Origin: Candidatus Poseidoniaceae archaeon
GTDB lineage: Archaea > Thermoplasmatota > Poseidoniia > Poseidoniales > Poseidoniaceae
Length of the DNA: 64,000 nt
Assembly: GCA_049616955.1 (NCBI GenBank)
Contig: JBMZIJ010000007.1
Coordinates: 4,410-68,409 of the forward strand
Reading direction: 5' to 3'
The notes under the pieces were generated by a model. That model was given only the letters and a program-made list of their open reading frames with translations. It was not told the DNA's origin and made no database searches. This document shows positions 58,075-64,000 of this stretch, one piece after another. The translations under genes and the position numbers were made by a program. Positions within the stretch are counted from its first letter, which is position 1; every line of letters begins with the position of its first letter.

Positions 58075-61014
58075 ATGGCTGTTGCGAAGAAAAAAACGAG
58101 CCTTGGCTTGGTTTCGTTGATGCTTGTATCGCTCTTTTCGGCGATTCTCACCGTTCCAACTGTTGTTGCAATTGAACAAGTCGACCTTGCCATTTTGCGT
58201 GGTCAAAGTCCTGTTGAAGATCGATTTTACTCTTCATCCGACGCAATAACATTCTCTGCTGAAGTCGAAAACCAAGCGTTGGGTCCGCAAACGTCGGCAC
58301 GAGCAATGGAATGGTACATCTGTGAGGGATTCAAGACAGCGACGCAATGTGTTTCCAATGATGTAGGAAGTGGACAAATCAACATCAACGGCCTTCTAAA
58401 TGGTGACAAAGGAAACTTCAGTGATTCAACGCAATGGTATCCAAATGGAGCCAGTGGAACGTTCACAGTGGTGTTCAAGTTTACCTTTGCTGATGTCGAC
58501 ACGAGTGATGATGTGCTTGTGTACAACATGAACATCACCGCTGAGTACAGTGATGTCTCGGTTGACCAAGACCAGGATCCTCGCGATACTCTCTCAGGAC
58601 TCCACACATACAATGGTGAAGTTGTGTTGAACACGGAACAGGACTACATCATGAGTGTATCTGGAACTGCCAACACATGCGGCCAGTGTGGACTGATTGC
58701 CTACATGGGATGGAACCTTCGGGAACTTGACGGAACACTTGTTGCTACAGCCAACCAAAGCGTGACGACACTCCCTGCTGGTGGATATGAACAACCATAC
58801 ACAGTAGCGTTACCTGCTCTCAACTACTCGGTTCCTGGAAGATACATCTTCGAATTTGGCTTAATCGATAGTGCAAGCGCATTTGATGGAGACCTGAACG
58901 ATTACAACGACCTTGCTCAAGTTGAAATCGTTCTCGATAACACACTTGACCTACGAATTGCAAGTATGTATCCATCGCACAATCCTTCATCTCCGAATTA
59001 CTACTACGGAGAGGATATGCTTTCAATCGATGTCGAAAACATTGGGAATTTCACTGTTGAAGACATTTCCATTACCTTCGAAATGTTTGATGCGGTTGGT
59101 GAATCCGAATATCTCCAAACGTGTTCGATCGACAAACTCGCTCCTGCTGAATCTTCAACATGCAGGTTCAACCTTACGAAGGTCGGTGAAGGAAAGGAAC
59201 TTCGAATATACATGCCTACGACATTCAACGGACGCCCAGATACCGCACCTTCCGATAACACAATGATCGAGTTCACCTCAATTCTTGCGGGCGATATTAA
59301 TCCAATCATAACAATGAACTCTGTCTCTGGAACCTACACGACAGCCGATACCATTGAATTAACTGCAATTACAAACAGCGTTGCTGCTGCACCTCTAAAT
59401 TACACGTGGTATCTCGATACTGCGATCCTGATAGGATATGGCCAATCAATAACAGTGAATGCATCATCCTTCCCGTTGAAAGATTACGATATCGGACTTT
59501 TCGTCGAAGACGCTCTTGGATTTGATGATGAAGCACATGCAACGATTTCAATCATTGACGAGGTGTTGATTGAAGAGGAACCTTTGATGACCGGATCTGC
59601 CGTATCGTTGGACAAAGCTCAATTCATCTACGACGTTGTCCTTCCGATTGAAGGATTTAACTACAACATTGCTGGTGGAAAAGAACCTTTGATGATCATG
59701 GACTTCAGCGTTATGCAACTCGAAAATGAACTCCAGCCTGCACAACTTCAATCACTCAATCTTGACATCAATCTGTCAGCGCTCCTTCCTGATTCCATTC
59801 CTCATGACTCTGTCGAATTCTTGGAACTTGCATCGTGGGATGACACCTACTGGGACTACCTCGAAGCACCAGACTTCTACAGTTACGATGGTTTGGAAAA
59901 CATCAGCCTTAGTCTCCATTCGAATACGGCAATCCTTGTGATTGGGTCACTACCTGAGCCGAATGTATCGCTTACAAATCTCTCCCACAATAAACTGGTT
60001 GGAGGAACCATCGAACTCACTTGGACGCCACTAGGCGATGTTTTGAACCCATATCTAGGTGGTTGGCAGGTCTACAGACTCACCGTCGACGAATCTGTTG
60101 GAACCATCTTCCCAGACCCATCCGTTGAGACAAACCTCAACGTATGGAACGAATTGTTGGCCGACAGTGGTGTTGCGTTGGTTTCAATGGAATCAGAAGG
60201 TTGGCTCGATCCCGTACCTCTTGAAACTGGAACCTGTGCTTCCTATGCGGTTCTACCAACCAATCGCGCAGGAATACCAGATACTTCGAGAATTAATGTC
60301 GTGATGGGCGAATCCGACAATTCACGCCTGTGCGGTGATGCTCTTCCTCCAACAAGCGCTGTTTCGTCGTTCAGTTACACCTATCGGTTTACCAATTCAA
60401 CAGAATGTTTCAACATGCAACAAGATTGGAATGCTTGTTACGAACTAAACATGACATGGACATGGCCAGCAAATGAGGAAGATGGTGGCGTGACTTGGAA
60501 TATGTATCGAATGGACGTGCAACCAACCGATATCGATCTCCGATTTGCAACGCCTCTGGTGACCGGCCTTACGGGAATCCAAGGTGAGCAAGGTTCCTTT
60601 AACCAATCAGGACTTGAAGTCGATGGAATTCGGCCTCTAAGAACGTACTACTACGTGCTTGCACCTGTTGATTCCAAAGGAAATGAAAACACCCTTGGCC
60701 TACCGAATGAGAACATTCTCAAAGTGACCATTGAAGACCAATGGTGGGACTACAATCAACATTTGATTCCAGAAGAACCTGCTCCACCAGAACCTCCACT
60801 CGGCGTGCCATGGTTCCAAGATGTCATGGATTACACAAAGGTTGGAGAATTCCAGACTGCGGGTATTGCTGTTCTGATTCTCGTCGTCCTCAACGCGTTG
60901 TTCATCCCAATTACGATCAAGCGTCGTGCTCGTCTGAAGCGTGTCATTTCTGCACGAAAGCGCAATCAAGCGACACGAAACATGGCCGATGAATTCGAAG
61001 AATTCTTTGAATGA
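58075..61014 (+). CDS. Large surface protein (signal peptide, repetitive beta-rich ectodomain, C-terminal TM anchor)
   Basis: The track ORF starts at TTG 58030. The ATG at 58075 gives the signal peptide MAVAKKKTSLGLVSLMLVSLFSAILTVPTVVA. Many N-x-S/T sequons. Segments such as LRIASMYPSHNPSSPNYYYGEDMLSIDVENIGNFTVEDISITFEMF look CARDB-like. C-terminal TM AGIAVLILVVLNALFIPITI followed by KRRARLKR. Confidence 0.6.
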   Translation: MAVAKKKTSLGLVSLMLVSLFSAILTVPTVVAIEQVDLAILRGQSPVEDRFYSSSDAITFSAEVENQALGPQTSARAMEWYICEGFKTATQCVSNDVGSGQININGLLNGDKGNFSDSTQWYPNGASGTFTVVFKFTFADVDTSDDVLVYNMNITAEYSDVSVDQDQDPRDTLSGLHTYNGEVVLNTEQDYIMSVSGTANTCGQCGLIAYMGWNLRELDGTLVATANQSVTTLPAGGYEQPYTVALPALNYSVPGRYIFEFGLIDSASAFDGDLNDYNDLAQVEIVLDNTLDLRIASMYPSHNPSSPNYYYGEDMLSIDVENIGNFTVEDISITFEMFDAVGESEYLQTCSIDKLAPAESSTCRFNLTKVGEGKELRIYMPTTFNGRPDTAPSDNTMIEFTSILAGDINPIITMNSVSGTYTTADTIELTAITNSVAAAPLNYTWYLDTAILIGYGQSITVNASSFPLKDYDIGLFVEDALGFDDEAHATISIIDEVLIEEEPLMTGSAVSLDKAQFIYDVVLPIEGFNYNIAGGKEPLMIMDFSVMQLENELQPAQLQSLNLDINLSALLPDSIPHDSVEFLELASWDDTYWDYLEAPDFYSYDGLENISLSLHSNTAILVIGSLPEPNVSLTNLSHNKLVGGTIELTWTPLGDVLNPYLGGWQVYRLTVDESVGTIFPDPSVETNLNVWNELLADSGVALVSMESEGWLDPVPLETGTCASYAVLPTNRAGIPDTSRINVVMGESDNSRLCGDALPPTSAVSSFSYTYRFTNSTECFNMQQDWNACYELNMTWTWPANEEDGGVTWNMYRMDVQPTDIDLRFATPLVTGLTGIQGEQGSFNQSGLEVDGIRPLRTYYYVLAPVDSKGNENTLGLPNENILKVTIEDQWWDYNQHLIPEEPAPPEPPLGVPWFQDVMDYTKVGEFQTAGIAVLILVVLNALFIPITIKRRARLKRVISARKRNQATRNMADEFEEFFE

Positions 61015-61072
61015 TTGGGTGGAAGAGAGCACCGTCATATTCATGACTAAACTGTTGGTGGCTCGCTTCGCT

Positions 61073-61160
61073 GCGGTGATCGCATAGCCTGGCCATTGCG
61101 CTGGATTGCTAATCCAGTGGGTTAAGTCCCTCGGGAGTTCGAATCTCCCTCACCGCGCCA
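61073..61160 (+). tRNA. tRNA-Ser (anticodon GCT), class II with a long variable arm and a genomically encoded 3' CCA
   Basis: Folded by hand.
- Acceptor: GCGGTGA (61073-79) pairs with TCACCGC (61150-56).
- Anticodon stem: CTGGA/TCCAG, with loop TTGCTAA (GCT at 61108-10).
- Variable arm: 15 nt, with a GGG/CCC stem.
- T arm: GGGAG-TTCGAAT-CTCCC.
- Discriminator: G61157, then CCA at 61158-60. Confidence 0.9.
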
Positions 61161-61161
61161 C

Positions 61162-62157
61162 TTACGTTAATGGACCAAGGAATCCCAACCATGTTGGTGG
61201 GATGAACGAAATCAAAACGAGCGAGAAGAACATTGCACCAAGATATGCAAGAGATCGGAAAAACGACTTCGCAGCTTTTGGCATTCGCCCGTTTTCATCA
61301 AGTGGTTCATTGACATCAATCTGCCATACGGATTGAGCATACCAAATGGTCAACCCACCTGCGACGAAAGCCCACAACAGTGGCAGGCCGGATTCTGGCC
61401 AAAAACATGGAACTGAACCCAACAAGAGCAAACCTCCACAGTAAAATTTTGATTCTGTGACCGTACGTTTGGCACCTTTCACTTCGTTCATCATCGGAAC
61501 GTTGGCTTTCGCATATTCACCCGAACGATACAACGCAAGCGCCCAAAAGTGTGGAGGCGTCCAGAAGAAGATCAAGGCAAACAACATCCATGGAATCGGT
61601 GAACCAAGATCAAACGGATTCATTGAATTGATGGAGTCTGCTGCTGCGCCAGCCCATCCAATGAGCGGAGGTGTAGCCCCTGCAGCCCCACCAATCACGA
61701 TGTTTTGTGGTGTCCTTCGCTTCAACCACATGGTGTAAATGAACACATAGAATCCTACTGAAAAGAACGACCAGAATGCAGCCTTCCAGTGGAGCAAAAA
61801 GAACAGTGAAGAGCCTGCAATCGATATGAATACACCAAACAAGAGTACCGTCGACGGTTGAAGTTGCCCCATCGGAAGCGGTCGATGTTGCGTTCGTCGC
61901 ATTTTGGTGTCAATGTCACGGTCGTACCACATGTTGATCGCATTGGAACCGCCTGCGGACAACGTACCGCCAATCAATGTGATGAACGACGTCCAGAGAG
62001 TATCGAACCACGAACGTTCAACATCGATTAACTCGTAGCGAGCGAGTGAATCATGAACCAAAATGGCGCAGATGGCCGTGATTTGAAGAAGAACGATGAC
62101 TCGTAATTTCATCAGTTTGATGAAAAGCGAGATGAGAGATGGCTGACCTTCGCTCAT
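61162..62157 (-). CDS. ctaB: Protoheme IX farnesyltransferase (heme O synthase)
   Basis: 331 aa, UbiA-family polytopic protein. GGSNAINMWYDRDIDTKMRRTQHRPLP is the CtaB/CyoE Asp-rich motif. Start overlaps the ctaA stop. Confidence 0.85.
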   Translation of the reverse strand: MSEGQPSLISLFIKLMKLRVIVLLQITAICAILVHDSLARYELIDVERSWFDTLWTSFITLIGGTLSAGGSNAINMWYDRDIDTKMRRTQHRPLPMGQLQPSTVLLFGVFISIAGSSLFFLLHWKAAFWSFFSVGFYVFIYTMWLKRRTPQNIVIGGAAGATPPLIGWAGAAADSINSMNPFDLGSPIPWMLFALIFFWTPPHFWALALYRSGEYAKANVPMMNEVKGAKRTVTESKFYCGGLLLLGSVPCFWPESGLPLLWAFVAGGLTIWYAQSVWQIDVNEPLDENGRMPKAAKSFFRSLAYLGAMFFSLVLISFIPPTWLGFLGPLT

Positions 62158-63223
62158 TCACTCTCACCAAGGACGGAATTACGAAGATAAGCGAGCCTCA
62201 ACATCATCAACGTCACAGCAGCGGCAATGAACGATGTAACGCCGAAAACAAGGTGAAGCAAAGAAATGAATTCCGGGAATTCTTGCGGGTCAGCAAGGAC
62301 GATGTACATACCTCCAACAAAGACGTTGAGAATCCAGAAGCCAGTGACGACTTCGGCAGCTCTTGAGAATCCCTCACCTTCCTCGAAATCTCGAGCATCA
62401 ACACGGATCTTTGCAGACGTCAGAATCAATACTAATCCAACGATAGCTGCGCCGAAACGATGAACCATTTGAACAAGGATTCCTGGACCATCGAAACTTG
62501 GAAGAATGGAGCCTTGACATTTTGGCCAGCCGTTTGGGAAGCCGATGTTGCAAGCTTGGTTGTAGTTCCCTCCGGCTGTACTCGAAACCCAGGCACCGAG
62601 AATCAACAGGATAAACACAGAAGCGGTGATGCTCACAAATCGCTTCTTCTGTCGTTCAAGGAAGGCCTTTGATGTGGATAGAAAAGCCCACTTTGCCCCT
62701 TCATGTGCTCGCATAGCAATGTATTGCCAAACAAGAAGAGAGGTGAAGATGCTTGCAAGCGAAAGGTGCATTGCAACAGTCCAATCAGCATTGTCAAAGT
62801 AGACAGTAACTGCACCAGCAACCGCCTGTACGACCAAGAGGATTGCCGAAACGACTGCAAGGTTACGTAACCCCTCTCCGTACTCGGATTTGAGTTTATG
62901 AGCCATGACAGCATTGATGAGAATTGGAATGGCTATGATACCAACGAGGAGACGATGGAACCATTCAACAAAAATCTCGAAGATGGTGTACCGATGATCG
63001 GCGCCGCGACTATCAATTTGGTCTGGATTGGCATCCCAATAGGCCTCTTGCTCGGCTTCATCGACCATGAAGCCCCATGTTCCGAAACACTGTGGCCAAT
63101 CCGGACAGGATTCTCCAGCATCATGAATGCGAATGGTTCCTCCAACCACGATGATGAGCAGTGCCATCACCACGAGAGCGAGAGGAAGCGTCGATGGTCG
63201 CTTCCACCAAGGCTTGTCCATGT
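62154..63223 (-). CDS. ctaA: Heme A synthase (CtaA/COX15 family)
   Basis: Trimmed from the track ORF (to 63575). The Met at 63223 gives MDKPWWKRPSTLPLALVVMALLIIVVGGTIRIHDAGESCPDWPQCFGTW, the CtaA N-terminus with its Cys pair, followed by 8 TM helices with conserved His. The discarded 118 aa extension is basic and low-quality, and it overlaps the divergent gene at 63273. Confidence 0.8.
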
Positions 63224-63272
63224 CAAGCCGTGAGGGCGGCCCTCTTTTAACAAGACCCTGTGTCCACGTACC

Positions 63273-64000
63273 ATGAGGAAGGCAGTATCGTTGCTGACAA
63301 CGCTTTTCCTTGCTGTGATTCTTTCTTCCCAGTCCGTAGCACACATTGGGCATTTTGGCGAATATGCGCCTGCTAAAATGTACGATGTACGCACGTTTGA
63401 TGTCGATTGTGTCCTTGGTAACGAGACATGTTCGTCCGAAGAAACGACCCATTTCATCGAATACTTCTCCGCAGATTGGTGTGAACCTTGTGAACTTGTT
63501 TCGCAAGAACTGAAGGAGTTGAATCGGACGGATACGACCATCATTCAGCATCATCCTTCTCCAGCAGATCTTCACTTCTTTTCATATTCAAACATACGAC
63601 TGTACGAAACGTATGGCTTCTGGGGCGTTCCTGATGTTGTCCTCAATGGTGAAGGCCTCCTCGTTGGCCCCTCTCAATCGAATGAACTTGCAGCAACATT
63701 GGACAATTTTACCCGTGAATGGGATGGTTTCATCGAATTAAATATGACCAATGGAACACTTCACTGGGAGGCAGATGATGGACACGTTGTGCATGTTTGG
63801 ATTACCAAGAATCGACCACATGAATACTCCTTTGTCGATCAACCCCTTGTTGTCACCAATCACGCCTACGCCAACGTGACCGATGAAGTGTTCAACACAA
63901 CAAACGCTACCAATGAAACGGAGATGCCGTATCACATCTACACGAGTTCAATGAACATCTCCGATTTGTTGGATGAGAACGTCACAAGCATCGTTGTGAC
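63273..64000 (+). CDS. Secreted thioredoxin-fold protein with a CxxC motif (partial; continues beyond the window end)
   Basis: Absent from the ORF track because it has no stop in the window. My translation from the ATG at 63273: MRKAVSLLTTLFLAVILSSQSVAHIGHFGEYAPAKMYDVRTFDVDCVLGNETCSSEETTHFIEYFSADWCEPCELVSQELKEL...GVPDVVLNGEGL... This shows a signal peptide, a WCxPC redox motif and a cis-Pro-like GVP. An in-frame TGA at 63231 limits the upstream extent. Divergent from ctaA. Confidence 0.65.
   Translation, partial: MRKAVSLLTTLFLAVILSSQSVAHIGHFGEYAPAKMYDVRTFDVDCVLGNETCSSEETTHFIEYFSADWCEPCELVSQELKELNRTDTTIIQHHPSPADLHFFSYSNIRLYETYGFWGVPDVVLNGEGLLVGPSQSNELAATLDNFTREWDGFIELNMTNGTLHWEADDGHVVHVWITKNRPHEYSFVDQPLVVTNHAYANVTDEVFNTTNATNETEMPYHIYTSSMNISDLLDENVTSIVV

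Noticed and set aside
63224-63575. 118 aa N-terminal extension of the ctaA ORF
   Set aside because: The CtaA homology and the first TM helix begin at the Met at 63223. The extension is basic and Cys/Arg-rich with no homology, and it would overlap the divergent signal-peptide-bearing thioredoxin-like gene starting at 63273.

Overview
Gene-dense (about 90% coding) archaeal chromosomal segment. I found no CRISPR array, transposase, integrase or rRNA. All family calls come from reading motifs in the translated ORFs from memory; no database search was run.

Archaeal hallmark genes:
- a complete A-type ATP synthase operon in the order H-I-K-E-C-F-A-B-D
- an smc-scpA-scpB operon
- Orc1/Cdc6, aIF2-gamma, ribosomal protein S6e and Dph2

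Other housekeeping and accessory genes:
- DNA gyrase (gyrB plus a partial gyrA)
- class II HMG-CoA reductase
- heme O and heme A synthases, and a UbiE/MenG-type methyltransferase
- acyl-CoA dehydrogenase
- several membrane-anchored ecto-peptidases (an MA-clan protease with PKD repeats, M28, M61)
- one tRNA-Ser(GCT)

This mix and the intermediate GC content fit an aerobic heterotrophic member of the Thermoplasmatota, such as Marine Group II (Poseidoniales). That lineage assignment is inference only.

Two real genes are missing from the ORF track because they run off the window edges: gyrA (1-961, minus strand) and a secreted thioredoxin-fold protein (63273-64000, plus strand).

Most interesting loci:
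1. 54619-57938: a tightly coupled four-gene operon encoding a prepilin-like lamin-tail-domain protein, one intact KaiC-like ATPase and two KaiC-like paralogs with dead P-loops. It sits divergent from a ~980 aa surface protein.
2. 29013-32099: a coupled operon of a P-loop ATPase with a winged HTH, a beta-propeller protein and a DUF357 protein. Its promoter region holds a dense array of GTTAA/TTAAC repeats and a perfect 10-bp palindrome (32127-32224).
3. 42713-45190: an M50/site-2-protease homolog in which both zinc-ligand motifs are replaced, fused to a large ectodomain.
4. Several enzyme-like proteins with missing or shifted catalytic residues: an AroD-like protein without the Schiff-base Lys, a GcvH-like protein with a displaced lipoyl-Lys, and a Tmk with a GKG P-loop and a 250 aa extension.
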